A stretch of 64,000 nt of DNA. Origin: Octopus sinensis (Eukaryota). The translations under genes were made by a program, and so were the position numbers. Each line of letters opens with the position of its first letter. The first letter of the stretch is position 1. The notes under the pieces were generated by a model. That model was not told where the DNA came from, did not search any database, and worked only from the letters and a program-made list of their open reading frames with translations. The stretch is taken from NCBI RefSeq assembly GCF_006345805.1, contig NC_043004.1:63736001-63800000 (forward strand). The letters run 5' to 3'. Below are positions 14,076 to 28,163 of the stretch, in pieces.

Positions 14076-14601
14076 GTACGTATAGATCTTTTATTAACTC
14101 TCAGTTAACTAAAAGTAGTTATAACAGGGAGACAACTTTTTGACACTGTCAATGAACTCCAATTCTCAAAACTCAGATGACCAATTTCTATGTTTCGAAT
14201 AAATAAAATTCTTGGATACGTAGTCTAGTGTTTTAAACCAAGTGCGGGAAATATTTATAGATGGAGCCTTGTTTGCATAACGATTAGCGTTTGATTACGT
14301 CTTAAAAGAATAAATATTTTTTTTACATATCTCTCTAATTGTCCTCGAAAAATATGTATCAGAACAGAGTGTAGTATTCGAGTGTAGTAAAATATTTGAT
14401 ATAAAAGCGAAATATTCATGCACAATTCCACATTTCATATTCTTTTCATTATCCGACATTTGATGGTGGTTTCTCAAAGAATTGATCCCATTTTAGAACT
14501 ACTTTAAATGAAGGATTTGCACAACGTAATTAGAAACAGAACGAAATAAGATCTAATTCGATTTTCAGGTATGCATATATATATATATACATATATATAA
14601 T

Positions 14602-14674
<73 letters not shown>

Positions 14675-14746
14675 CACTTCCTGCCGTGAAGTTGGTTCAT
14701 CTGGGACACCTGATAGGAAGAGGTCCAGCTTTATTTTGAAGACATC

Positions 14747-14799
<53 letters not shown>

Positions 14800-15540
14800 T
14801 AAAAGACATTAAGAGGCTTCCATCATTGGAATCAATTACACTAGAAAGGACAGTTAAAGTCCAAACCACTAATTAGTGTTAAATTCTCGTTAGGGTGTAA
14901 TTACTGAGGCCGTCTTCTTCAGCGGGTATTATCCTGGTATTATTTATCATATATATATATATATATTGTACAATGTTACAAAATGTTAATCTAAATACTA
15001 TATTTATACAGCATACCGAACTAAAACTATTACCTTATAATTATGCACGCTACACATAGCACATATATTTTATATACAAATATTCAATTATTGCAGTAAA
15101 TATAATTTTCAATAATTATCGTACTATCATCGGTATTTGATATATCGATGATTCGAAGAACAATGTAAAGGTTGTATGAAAATTCTTCGAATCAAACTTT
15201 TAAGAATAATAAGCCATTAAATGCGATGTAGAAATTAACTGTTGGTTAAAGACAAGTACTATTTTACGGCTCAGTTACCTGCACTTACTTTTCTAGTTTG
15301 GTCAGTTTGAAAGAAATTCTATATTTCTAAATATTTTCTATTAATGAAAATGAAGAAATAAATTTCGTTAGGAGCTTACATTTATCAAGACAGCTTACTG
15401 CTCTGTACGTCTGCGAATGAGCTATATATCACTCATGATGTTCGACAAAACCGGTAAGTGGGGTGTAATACATCCATTCCAGACTTTTATTGTTATTTTC
15501 GTTTTAGTAAAAGTCTTTCATTTTTGTTGTAACCCAACAG

Positions 15541-15624
15541 CTTTACTTGAAGAACCAAATGACGAGTCTACAATAGAACCTGTCAGGATGATCAAGAAGT
15601 TGTACAAGTCTTGTACAAACAAAG
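15541..15624 (+). CDS. M13 peptidase exon (LLEEPNDESTIEPVRMIKKLYKSCTNK)
   Basis: aacag|...|gtttgt; LYxSC motif; 84 nt, phase 1-1. Confidence 0.92.
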
Positions 15625-16109
15625 GTTTGTGAATTTCATGTATTTGAGAACGAATATTCCATATGTGAAATGAATCAGTAACCGACTTACGTGTTCATCC
15701 GTGAAGACTTAAAACTAAGAACAACAATTAATTATGTCCTGTAATCAGGCGTCCATTAGACATAGTCTTAAACTTTTCTTTCTCGTAATCTGTCATAAGT
15801 CACTTTTATATGTCCAAGATCTTCGAGTTTGATTTAATAGAGCAATAATCCTTAAAATTATAAGGTTCACTTAGTGTTCTATGCGAAGTCATCTGATACA
15901 AGGAATGACAAGGGAAACTGACACGATGTAAATCATAAAAGACCGCGGGAATAATATGAGCAACGCCGGGGAATGATCTAAGGGTAAACGAAATCATAAG
16001 CATGATAGAAAATTAGAACTACTCACCCACCTGTAAAAACTGAAAGGGTTTCAATGAAAATATTGTGAAAATTATTCTATTTTTTAAGAAATTATTATTT
16101 ATATGAGGC

Positions 16110-16820
16110 AGAACTGGATAGCCTTGTCAAGTCTGTGCCAATTTTCTCCAATGATTTTAGGATGGAGTTTGGACTCACAAAATGTGATACGATAGTGATG
16201 AGATGAGGAAAGCTTCTCAGAATAGAAGGCATATGGTTGCCAAGTGATAAAATGAATGCAATTCAACTTCAGTCCAGCTATAAGTACCTAGGAATACTCG
16301 AAGCATATGGAATTAAACACAATGACGTGAAGGAAACTGCAAAAGAAGAGTACCTGCAGTGAATGAGAAAAATACTGGATTAAAAGCTAATTGCCAGAAA
16401 TAAAATTTCGACAATAAACTCGCTCGCAGTCGCAGTAGTTTGGCATGACACTGGAATTCAGAAGTGAACAGATAAAGAAACAAAGAAAATGGACAGAATG
16501 TCAAGAAAGCTTCTAATGATGCATTGAGCCCATCATCCACGTGCAGACACTGGTCGCCTATACATAAATAGATCAAATGGAGAGCGAGGACTGATAAGTG
16601 TGGATGACTGCGTGCGTATCGAACACCAAAGCTTAATGACATACCAAACCGAAGTAAGGAAACCTTGGTGGTGACAGTTAGGGACGAGGGAGTATTGAAA
16701 GCAGAGAAAAAGGGAAAAGCAAAGGATGAAGTGCAAAAAGGACACGAAAAAGAAATACGCAAGAAGGGACAATACAATCGATTACAAACAGCCACAACAT
16801 AAGTTGTTGGGAAAAAATAG
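16110..16820 (+). mobile_element. Decayed R4/Dong-clade RT fragment
   Basis: ELDSLVKSV..FSNDFRMEFGLTKC...YKYLGILEA, homologous to 62672-63880. Confidence 0.75.
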
Positions 16821-16869
16821 CTCGGAATGGCTGATGAAGAAAAAATAGAAAAAGATAATCGCGGAACCC

Positions 16870-18095
16870 CACTGCTGAGATACCCTGAATACCATGGGTA
16901 TGTGCTCTCTCAATACCTTCTCTCCGACTTACAGGTGTACACTGAGAGAGGTACCATCCACGCACTTGCCAGTTTCGCAACTTTCATCCACATTTCAATA
17001 AACTCACTCAAGGACAGCACATTCCTCTCAACTCTTAATTTTCTTTTCTAGTGAAACTTGAAGAAGTCAATGAGAGCTCTACCAAAGAGGAATATGTCTG
17101 TCCTTATGCCTTTCAACCTTTTCCAACAATCAAGCTCTTTCGCCACAGCCAACAGGCAAAGGAAAACTGCCTTACCTGCCCGATTGAAGAAGGGTGGCGG
17201 GCTAATCATTACTGCAGAGTAGGCAGACTGATGGATCCGTCCCAAATATGACAGCAGCTGTTCGCCAAAACTCTACAAGTCAGCAATGCCCGGACACTGA
17301 AAGTGTGCATGCCGAACGGTTTCGTTACTCTGCGGACACCTCAGACAAGACCGTCTTCCAGTAAATCCATGCCTGTAGAGTTTATCTCGAAACGGTAGCG
17401 CCCCCGCCTCGGTATCACTGTCAGACCAAGAACATATGGAAATTCTGCAGAACAGACTAGTAATTTTGTTGTCGTCGGCGCTCAGTCTCCCGGAGACCAT
17501 CGTCGTACTTCCTCTCCACTAATCATCTATAAATTTCGAAAAAGGAACATCCACTGATCTCATTACCCGACTGGTAGAGAGCTGTGAGTGTCCAACAACA
17601 TTCTAGGTGCCAGACGCCTAGCCTCGGTCTTTCCTTCACCCAGGAGTGTAGCTCTATCAAGGACATGAGTTGCGGAAGACGAGCCCTACAAAGGGAGCTC
17701 ACATACGTCCAGAAATTGCTACAAGTGGCGTAACCTAAAAGCGTGTCTACACATTAGGAGACACGGCACTCAGAGGATGTTGGCAACACACTACCCTCCT
17801 GACCATTGGTACGCATCCCTTCCACAAGAATTTTAATAAGAGAGGCTCCAACCTGGTCAAGCAGTAACTGGGGCAAGGTACGATGGTCAGGTGATAGATG
17901 ATAACGGAGGTGATGTAGACAATCGCCACCTCTGCCCGACCTTTCAACGACAGCTTCTTCTCAGCCCATTTCTGGGTAAGACTTGCCACACTGTTCGCCA
18001 ACTCGTCCCAGTTATCAACCTCGAAGTCGGGACCAAACCAGATCCCGAGTAGTTTAACTGGTGCGTCGGTCCATTGTCCGACGACGCCATCCATT
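16870..18095 (-). mobile_element. Tx1/L1-clade LINE 3' fragment
   Basis: KLSLKGRAEV...KFLWKG, and the C-terminal zinc knuckle CLRCPQSNETVRHAHFQC. Confidence 0.85.
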
Positions 18096-18229
18096 TTCTC
18101 GACTGAGTAATTTTAAAATCATATTTAATCATATTTAAGTCATATTTAATTCATACTTAAATCATATTGTCTCTGGCTGCCCCCTGCCCCATCCTGGCTA
18201 AGAATGAATATATCTACTGACATGATAGA

Positions 18230-18560
18230 GTTTGAACCTATATACACTGGAAGCTATGCTAAAACTATGGAATGACAATAGAAATAATTGGTATAAACAT
18301 ATCCTCAAAAGGTTGCAGAAAATGAAAAGGCAACAATACTCTGGGATATGCCTATAAACAGAAATAGAGAAATCAAGGATAATTGACCTATATAGTTTAT
18401 CAGAGATCATTAAGAAAAAATGCCTTCTAATCGATGTGTCTCTAAAAGAAACAAACTCTCAAAATACAAATATCTAGAAATAAGAATAACCTGAATGTGG
18501 AGTCTAAGAACAGAGATAATCCTTATAATAATTGTGCATTAGGTGTAATTAAAAACTATA
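18230..18560 (+). mobile_element. R4/Dong RLE endonuclease fragment
   Basis: ENEKATILWDMPI...CLLIDVS...KLSKYKYLEI...MWSL...ALGVIK. Confidence 0.7.
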
Positions 18561-18761
18561 CAGGGAAAGAGGAAGAGGAGGAGGAAGAGGGGGAGTCTAG
18601 TCATGGTATGAATAAGTTAATTATTTGTGAAACTCAGAAGGACGGTAGGTCGTTGACTGTCCATTTGAACACCTCTTCAGAAATATTGTTTAATATTTTA
18701 AAAATTATATTTACTTCAAACAATATTTATTAAAAGATATTTCCATTTGCTCCAATTTCAG

Positions 18762-18958
18762 ACACTATATCAATGACATTGAAGGCGGATTTAATAAACC
18801 TATCTGAAACATTGGGTGGAATACCTATGATAACAGGGCGAAACGTTTCAGGCAATCATTCCAGTATTTTACACAGATATTTCACTGTTACAGGAAAGTT
18901 ACCTTTCTTCAATTACTATGTCGTTGAAAGCAATCAAAAACGCAGCAGCATAGTCAAC
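18762..18958 (+). CDS. M13 peptidase exon (...LSETLGGIPMI...PFFNYYV...)
   Basis: tttcag|...|gtaagt; LGGIP matches M13 LGGWP; 197 nt, phase 1-0. Confidence 0.88.
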
Positions 18959-19109
18959 GTAAGTGTTTCTTTTTATACGTGATAAGCACAGAAGATTACA
19001 TTCGATGATATAATTCTTATTCATAGTTTACAATTTATTCAACCCTTGCATATTGAGTAATCTTGCATATTGTTTATAAGCATTGTCTATAATTAATGAG
19101 CCACTAATA

Positions 19110-19326
19110 GGCGGTGAGCTGGCAGAAGCATTAGCACGCTGGGCGAAATGCTTACAGGTATTTCGTCTGCCGCTACGTTCTGGGTTCAAATTTTCTCCGA
19201 GGTCGACTTTGCCTTTCATCCTTTCGGGGTCGATAAATTAAGTACCAGTGAAACACTGGGGTCAATGTAATCGACTAGTCCTTTCCCACAAATTTCAGGC
19301 CTTGTGTCTTTAGTAGAAAGGATAAT
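19110..19326 (+). mobile_element. tRNA-derived SINE family C
   Basis: GGCGGTGAGCTGGCAGAA head, GGTTCAAAT B box; other copies at 23957-24170, 10350-10545 and 44568-44760. Confidence 0.88.
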
Positions 19327-19450
19327 TAATGAGCCACTTATAAATGCGCGGACACTTTCCTCTTCTGGACAAAGATACTCTCCAAAATTTGCATATACAT
19401 ATCTCTCAGTTCTCTTAGCGCATTTAATCTTATATTCGGATTTTTTTCAG

Positions 19451-19573
19451 TTTCATTCTACATTTCGAAGTTATAGTGAATCTGTTGGAAATATGGCTGC
19501 CACTATGAAAATATTATTTTCTGAATATATTGACTTCGAAAACGTTTTTTACTTTTACAATAAGCTGGCAACG
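19451..19573 (+). CDS. M13 peptidase exon (FHSTFRSY...NVFYFYNKLAT)
   Basis: tttttttcag|...|gtaagt; ends like M13 V..FE.KLA; 123 nt, phase 0-0. Confidence 0.82.
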
Positions 19574-20021
19574 GTAAGTCATATATATTTTTATACTTTC
19601 GTATCAAACAATTTTCTTAATCATTTCTTCCATTCTTGTATTCAAATATTAACCCTTCTCTTAAATCACTGTTACTTCCTTATTCTCTTCGACTCCGTGA
19701 TAAGTTTAGCACGTTTTACATTTCATGTATATGGCTAATCTTTCTCATTAATTTCACAATTTTGTCTTGAATTCGAATTCCATTCTCCTGTGACCTACAT
19801 TGAATGAACAGTTTTCTTTTTCTCTACATTTCAGTAATAAACATCTCGCATATTAATATCTGTTGCCCAATCTATACTGCCACAGATCAAAGACTACTCT
19901 ATCAACCTTCAAGCCAAAGAGGGATCCTTTAAGTGCTAAAACGAGCTACTAGAAACAATATCTAAATCTCCATAAATTTGCACCTTAAACATAAATGGAT
20001 ACATCGGATAATGTAATCTTG

Positions 20022-20061
<40 letters not shown>

Positions 20062-20525
20062 CCATATCTTATTCAAAGATGATATGAGCCATACTGTTGT
20101 TCATTATTTTAGATAAAATAGAGTTAAAATGAGGTTCAAAGACAACGTTGTGCTGACTTCATATTTCATAGTTCAACGCGATCTGTCCCGATGCAATCTG
20201 ACAGCTCCTGCTTCTTTTGGTCATTGCATGATAATTAGAAACTATTGGATGCTACTGCCAACCTTTCATAAAACATATGGCTATGTAATATCTAACGTAA
20301 TTACTATACTGGACGTCATTTAAAGAAGACAATGTCCATAAATCTGAAATCCACATGAAAGTTTTAAAATTAGATGTTGGTATATATATATAATGGGTTG
20401 GAAGAATGGTTGCATTACATGACTTCTTTCAGTTTATTTAAATTTCCCAATACTCTCCATTAAATATTATATCATGAACAGAATTAACAGAATTATCTCC
20501 TCACAGTATATCATCATCGTCCTCG

Positions 20526-20571
<46 letters not shown>

Positions 20572-20709
20572 TATCATCATCATCGTCGTCGTCATCGTCG
20601 TCGTCGTCGTCGTCAACATCTTGATCAACATCAAAATTCCTTTCTACCATGCCGGATTGGGTTGTAAAAGAACACACGGGCCAGAGGACTCCCATATCTG
20701 ACTCGCATT

Positions 20710-21830
20710 CATCCAGGTGCATCTCGTTGAGGTTATCGCTTTCTTCGAATTAATGGGGATATGATTCTTTCAGTGATTTTCATAACCTGGTCCAAAAATT
20801 TCATACCTCTGTAATTACTTCTTTCTAAGATACTATGATGCTGCTTCATCAGTTATTTGATATGATACCTTCCTGAACAACCCGACTTAATATACGAGGG
20901 ATCTGTCCGTATTCTACATCGTCAGATATTTTAAGCGTATCAAATATAATTTCTGATGGATCAGGGTATTTCCCAGCTTTCGCTAAATCACTCAATCTAT
21001 AACATTACTGTCAACGCGAATAGCTGGACCTTTTGCCGAGTTCACATCACGAAGACGATCTTCATCTCATATACTCTCCATATTTAATAAACTTTCGTAA
21101 TAGCATTTTCGTTCCTCCTTTTCAGAATTATTGAATACATGTGTGTCATCATCTGTTCGCACACATTTCTCTCTAACATCTCCATTTTCTCTAGTACACT
21201 GCTTTGCAATCCGTAACATATCGTGCATTTTGTCTTCATGAACTAAAAGATATTGGCAAACCTCTTGCTTTCTGCCTATCCCCTTCCTAAATATACCTTC
21301 CTTTCAGCCTTTCTACCAGCTACCAGGGATTTTTGTCTACTACCCTCATTCTTTCAAACCTTCTAAGCCTGCGTCTTCTATTATTGCACTTTCTACTTCT
21401 TTGTTCCTTTACCACAGCACTCTTTGTCTGGATGGAAATGTGCGTTACCCACAAACTTGGTCTGTAGATTTCAGTGGATTTTTTTGTGAGAATTCCCAAC
21501 TGCCGTCCCTGTTATGCATATCACTCTTATCTTCCTTTACGACAAATACTTTAATTAGCACGTCCCTAAATTTCTGACAGAAGGACATCTGAGCTTCCAA
21601 GTCTTCTTTATCAGATTGGCTGCTTTTCTGAAATCTAGCTCTTAACCTGAACTTACGGCTAAACTATGATAAGAAGTACATTTCTCACTAGAAAAGGACT
21701 TTACATTCATAAGCATCTTCTTATCCTGTTTTCTAGTGGCCTTTGCTTCCACCAAGATCATAGGCCGTCAAGAGGCTACTACGTTTTCTGAAGTTAGCAA
21801 TGCAGATCAACAAACCATTTACATCGAAGA
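20710..21830 (-). mobile_element. RTE-clade LINE fragment (EN-RT linker and RT start)
   Basis: GPAIRVDS...; NYRGMKFLDQVMKITERII...LNEMH. Confidence 0.75.
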
Positions 21831-21889
21831 ACTCTAGTAGCTTTGTTCCTTCACCTTTGCTAGAACCTCTAGCAACCCTACTGGTGCCC

Positions 21890-22900
21890 CGTCGTACAGT
21901 CCCCTTCCATTTCCTTGGATAACACTGGTGGCGGTAGAGAGAGAGGAGTCGTTTCGCGTGGGCAACTGCCGTTCCCCACGAAAGACTGCTCAGGTCTCCC
22001 CCTTGGAGAGGACACTCCAGTGCCCTCTAACTACGGCGGCAAAACAGGGAAAGCAGCAGTCTACCGGTTTTAAGCCAGCACATATTTGGCTTAAGAGCAA
22101 GGCGCCAGGGGCTGCTTTTGAGAAAGGGAGAGGCCATTGTGTTTCACTGGACAGCCACCGCCCGCCTTAACCTGAGCAGCCCTAGACAGCTCCACTGGAT
22201 GCGTGGTGCTTAGGGAAACTAACATCTCGAATCATGAGCTGTAAACATTGCACTGAGAAAAATGAACAAACAAGCAAGCAATGCAAAAATCTAGCATCCA
22301 GAATTGGATGTTGGAACATAAGGTCCATGACAACTGGTGTGTCAGACGTCCTTCAAAAAATCAGGGACACCTGCAAGACAGCAGCAATCAACAACGAACT
22401 GCTTCGACTCCGAGTGGAAATTGCAGCACTTCAGGAAACGTGACTCCCAGGCTCAAGGATACTTCGTGAAATAGATTATATCTTTTTCTGGCAAAGGAAA
22501 GGTACAGATGAAGTCAGGGTGCATGGTGTCTGCTTTACCGTCAAGAACTCTCTGCTAAAGTTGGTATAATTTAACAGTGACGGTTTAGAGCAGATACTGC
22601 CACTTCCATTGTACACTCCCAATGGAACCATCAACCTTATCAGTGTTTATGCTCCAACCCTCTATTTCTTACAAGATGCTAAGGATATGTTCTATGATCA
22701 GCTCTATAGGAAAATACAGGCAGTACCAAATGGACGTCGAAACTAGAGTGGGTGATGGATCGGTACGCAGTTGGCAAAATCAATGAAAATGGACACTGGC
22801 TGTTTGAGCTCTGCATGCTCCATTGGCTGTCACCAACACCTACTTCCAGACTAAAGCTTAACACAGGGTCTCCTGGCGTCACCCTCGCTCAGGATTGTTC
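21890..22900 (+). mobile_element. RTE-clade LINE 5' fragment (UTR + APE endonuclease), decayed
   Basis: RIGCWNIRSM...EIAALQET; ISVYAPTL; INENGH...; VSWRHPRS. Confidence 0.85.
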
Positions 22901-23593
22901 ATTCATTTCACATGGATATGAAAGGTATCATTCAATTTCATGATTCATTTGGGGAGATATTCAACATGCGTAGCAGCGTGAAATAGGGATATGTTGGATA
23001 GGCGAAAATTTATAAAAATATGCTGCTTGCAAGCACCTACGATTCGGTAATGAATTTTGTAACATATCTTATGTTAGAAGATATTAAGTTCTCAATGAGT
23101 TACATTTATTTCAGTCCTGCCAAGATCATTAATGATCAATATGTGTATAAAAATTACGCAGGTATATATACATGCATCCCATGATATGTGCCTGTTGGTT
23201 ATAACACATATATGTATAACCAACGTAAATTATATGTATGTAAGTATATATATATATGCTCAACATTTAGTATGCTTGTCTCATTTATATACGTTATGTA
23301 GAATGATCCTACTTTGCGATATATATTCTGAATTCACACTCTGTGAAAATTAACACAAACTTTTATATTTCAAGGTCAATAATGTACCGCAGCAAAATAG
23401 TACTGGGATCAGTAGTATCGACTAATGCTCCCACCCTCTATAAAGTGATAGCTTTTGTGTCTAAATTTGAATCAACCCTCATAAATTCTGGTTTGTGAAC
23501 AAATGTTATTGGTATTTTGTTACCATGATTATGTTAAATTATTTATTAGTACGGCAAACTGACATGAAGCACATATTCTTCATTCCTATTCAG

Positions 23594-23683
23594 CTAACTG
23601 GAAGGCGATATTTTAAATCCGTAGATGACTTTTCAAGCGGCTTTCTATATACATCACATGATTTAAATCAAATTTTATCTGGT
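23594..23683 (+). CDS. M13 peptidase exon (LTGRRYFKSVDDFSSGFLYTSHDLNQILSG)
   Basis: cctattcag|...|gtaagt; 90 nt, phase 0-0; fits position in the chain. Confidence 0.75.
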
Positions 23684-23956
23684 GTAAGTATACTTATATC
23701 TTTCATGTATTTTTATAAAATATGTTGTGGTTGAATTATATGCGTTTTAGATAATTTGGAAGGTTACCATGGTTTGTGAATATATATGTAATTCATTCAT
23801 ACTGATTTACTACTGAACATTTTGTATAAAACTTAACAAATACGAAATCTTTGTGCAGAAAAATGTGGTAGATATATAATCGAAATTTAGAAAACGGGTT
23901 AGTTTCACGTTTTAATTACGGTTCCGTTCTCTATTATTATCTCATACTTCATTAAG

Positions 23957-24170
23957 GCGGTGAGCTGGCAGAATCATTAGCACACCGGGCGAAATGTTTA
24001 GCGGCATTTCGTCTGTCTTCATGTTCTGAGTTCAAATTCTGACGAGGTCGACTTTACCTTTCATCCTTTCGTGGTCGATAAATTAAGAACTGGTGACACA
24101 CGGGGTCGATGAGATCAACTATCTCATCCCTCAAATTTCAGACCTTGTACCTATAGCTGAAAGGATAATT
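23957..24170 (+). mobile_element. tRNA-derived SINE family C
   Basis: Close copy of 19110-19326. Confidence 0.85.
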
Positions 24171-24213
24171 TTCCACCTCTTCCCACTTACAAGTTCAAAA
24201 TGCCTTGCGAACG

Positions 24214-24274
<61 letters not shown>

Positions 24275-24575
24275 GCGCAGGAAACAGCCACATGGTTCCG
24301 GGTTCACCTTGGGTAAGTGTCTTCTACTATAGCCTCGGGCCGACCAAAGCCTTGTGAGTGGATTTGGTAGACGGAAACTGAAAGAAGCCCGTCGAATATA
24401 TATCTATATATTTGTGTGTGTGTATGTTTATGTGTGTGTCCCCACACCATCGCTTGACAACTGATATTAGTATGTTCGCGTTCCTGTAACTTAGTGGTTC
24501 GCTCAGAAGGGATCGATTTGTTCGACTAAAGGCGGTGCTACAGCATGGCCACAGTCAAATAACTGAAACAAATAA
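24275..24575 (+). mobile_element. tRNA-derived SINE family B, partial
   Basis: Shares CACATGGTTCCGGGTTCA, CCTTGGG.AAGTGTCTTCTACTATAGCC and CAGCATGGCC with 49087-49485. Confidence 0.85.
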
Positions 24576-25040
24576 AAGAATATATATAGAGAGCGAGAGA
24601 GAGAGACAGACAGACAGACAGAGAGAGAAAGCAATAAGAAAATGGAGGGATCAATAGGTGGCTCATCAACTTTTAGACATTATATTCTGTTAACTTATTC
24701 ACCCATTTACTAAACTGACAATTACAAGGATATACATACTTGTATAACATACTATGCTTTACACAGAAGATATGAAATATGTTAATATATAAGGATACCA
24801 GTAATTATTACAATATAACATACATGAAGTTAAATTGGGAAAATAATTTACAGCTGTTTCAACCAAGAGGCAAAAATACCTCATTCTACCTTTATATTTC
24901 TAGTAGACGGAAGTAATTAGTAGATGAATGTGAGGTACTTGGGTGTTTGACTAGGCTTCATCAGAGATTATAAAGTACATAATGTTAAGTTATGAATAAA
25001 TATAAATATAAAATAAATAAAAATGCACACACATTTAAAT

Positions 25041-25114
<74 letters not shown>

Positions 25115-25116
<2 letters not shown>

Positions 25117-25316
25117 CAAGATAAGGGCAGAAGAAAAATTCTAATGCCAAATATGCAGAAACAAAAAATTGTTGATAAGCATTATAATTTATGCGTCTCG
25201 AATTTTTTAGAGATTTCTATCGGTTTGTTTCGAGACGCATAAATTATAATGGTTATCAACAATTTTTTGTTTCGGCATATTTGGCATTAGAATTTTTCTT
25301 CTGCCCTTATCTTGTA
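25115..25316. repeat. Foldback palindrome, ~87-bp arms, ~27-bp spacer
   Basis: 25115-25201 is the reverse complement of 25229-25316 with about 2 mismatches. Confidence 0.92.
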
Positions 25317-25419
25317 AATTATGTATAAATTTAACTTTAAAGGCATTTTTTGATATGCTGGACATTGATAAAATTTTTTTCCCGAAAAGATTTTTATCCT
25401 ATATTAATTATATATATAT

Positions 25420-26438
25420 TATATGTAGAAAAATACAAACTGGGACAAGAACGTAAAACATTTAGAAGACGATACAAAAAACACGGACGGGACATTCGAA
25501 GCCTTCAATCTTCAGTCAAGAACCGGATCATCCTCGCAATTTCGGCTGATTAATCTTGAGATCGCTCCGATCCGACCAGCCCCAAGGAAAAACTAAGCTA
25601 CGAGCATTAGATTTCTTGGAAAAAGGATCGAATGTATACGAAACAAGGACAGAAAAACGGACGATGCCACACGAATATAAATACAAAAAACAATAATGGT
25701 AAAAACAGGACAAAACAGCGGGTGCCTTACGACTAATAAACAGTACAAGTTTAGCTGGTGTATTTGGAAAAAATACCTTTTCGGAGACGAAGACAACGAT
25801 GTTATCACGGCAGTGGTCGGAGGCCAAAAGGCTGATTTGACCAGCAGTCACGTGAGGGAAGAGAGAGAAAAGAAAGTGGCCAAAGGAAACAAAGAGAGAG
25901 AGAAGAAGAGGGACGAAGGCAACAAAGGGCGGAGAAGAGAGAGAAAGAAGGAATTAAAGAGGGGAGAAGAAAGAGTGCGTGTCAAGGATTGATTTGTGAG
26001 TGCAAAGTGAGAAAGACAGAGAAATGTGAGAGAGTGGGGGAAGAGTAGACCAAAGAATCAGAGGCAAGAAAAGAGAAAAGGAGGAGAAGTGGAGAGAGAG
26101 AGGGAGAGAAAGAGACAGATCAAAGTAGAGTGCAATGTGTGAAAGGCAGAGAAATGTAGGAGAGAGAGACAGTGCGTAGAGTCGTACCAAATTTCCAGGA
26201 ATATGTACTTACATATAAGGCCAACGAGGGTACGGACGCTGCTATATATGTTATATGTATAAAAATTCAAACTGGGACAAGAACGTAAAACATTTAGAAG
26301 ACGATACAAAAAACACGGACGGGACATTCGAAGCCTTCAATCTTCAGTCAAGTACTGGATCATCCTCGCAATTTCGGCTGATTAATCTTGAGACGCTCCG
26401 ATCCGGCCAGCCCCAAGGAAAAACTATGCTACGAGCAT
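25420..26438. mobile_element. Noncoding element with ~187-bp direct terminal repeats in (TA)n
   Basis: 25420-25607 matches 26251-26438 closely; purine-rich interior; TA tracts on both sides. Confidence 0.7.
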
Positions 26439-26439
26439 A

Positions 26440-26587
<148 letters not shown>

Positions 26588-27493
26588 ACATATACATACA
26601 TATATAAATATATTTTTATGCTTATATATATATATATAATGTACATACATACTTACATTTATAAGCATGCACAATAATCAGTTATTACTAATATTATTAA
26701 TATTAGATGCATTCTATGACTATACATACGCGTGGGGTGTCTGTGCGTATGTCATTATTCGAGTTTCTTGAACCGTAAAAACAAAGTGATGTGCCTGTGA
26801 AAATGAAATATTTCTCGATATCGCCATATGCCACTGATAACTATATAAGTATCTAAAATTATATGTATACAAAGGAGTTAGAATAGGTGGATTACTGAAA
26901 GTCATGATCTTATGACAGTGAATTCAACTTTCTAACCAGTAATTTTTATAATTGGTCATAAAAAGACAAGTGACGATATTTAGATATAGATATTAGAGTA
27001 CATAATCCAGAAACAATTTTACCGCAAACAGAATAATGTCTATGGTATATTGGGATCTAGAAAGTGTGGAAACCGGCTTCGGTAACAGCTATAACAGTAA
27101 TTACTACAAAGAAATAGACCTCATGGAGCTTGCCAATTCTCAACACTAGAATTCTACTTGTTTTACAAGCTGGCTCACTATGAATTGCACTTTAATTTTA
27201 TCTAAACAGATTTTCAAATAGCCATAATTTTCGTCTGTCGTCAAATTCAAGCCTATAAAAAGTACTTGAAAAATGATTTGACTGACTGAAAATCCTTCAG
27301 TGTGTAATCTGTTGTTCTTTCCATAAATGTGAGTGAAAGACAAATCTAAACTCATTTAACTTGTTAAATTATTAAACTTTGCATCATGCATTAAGTATCA
27401 TTTTTATTTTATTTTGCTTCATTTGCTCATCCAAATATATGTAGATATACTTGAAAATTATCTAATTTAATTATTCCTGTGTTCCCTTCATAG

Positions 27494-27624
27494 TTGGATC
27501 TGATGGGTATCTTTGACGACATCCTCAACGTTACAAATGAAACATCGAAGAATGCAAGGTTCATGACAGAACATGCAGAAATACTTAAAGATATCAGCAG
27601 TCTCATCCTCAAAACACATCCAAC
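27494..27624 (+). CDS. M13 peptidase exon (LDLMGIFDDIL...LILKTHPT), GC donor
   Basis: cttcatag|...ac|gcaagt; phase 0-2. An alternative GT donor would end the exon at 27628. Confidence 0.8.
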
Positions 27625-28163
27625 GCAAGTATCTTTTGTATACCTTTCCTTAAACATACTTCAGAAACTCTGTTCGAGATTAAAGATAATATGCCATAAC
27701 AAATACCTATTTCTTTATTACCTACAAGGGGCTAAACATAGAGGGGACAAACAAGGACAGACATAGGTATTAAGTCGATTACATCGACCCCAGTGCGTAA
27801 CAAATACCAACATTTCAAAACATATAGGTGTAGTATATACCTACATTGTCATAATAAATTTATAAGGAAAGGGGCAACTCTCTTATTTCGCTTTGCAAGT
27901 ATCGAAGTAAGCGAACCAAAAATTTTCCAGTCTAGAAGTTCAAATTTTCTTTCAGTATCTAGGAATGGATCATTTCACAGTAGTCGTATTACTGATCATG
28001 AATACTCTTTTCTTCCTTCATATTATTGTTAAAAGAATTTCGTATCTGATTATATTCCGATGCACTCAATTGTCTAAAGCTTTCCTCTTGTATTTTACCA
28101 CACAATACACCTGACCAACGCCTATGATCAATATTTCATTGACGTACTTACATAAATCTACAG

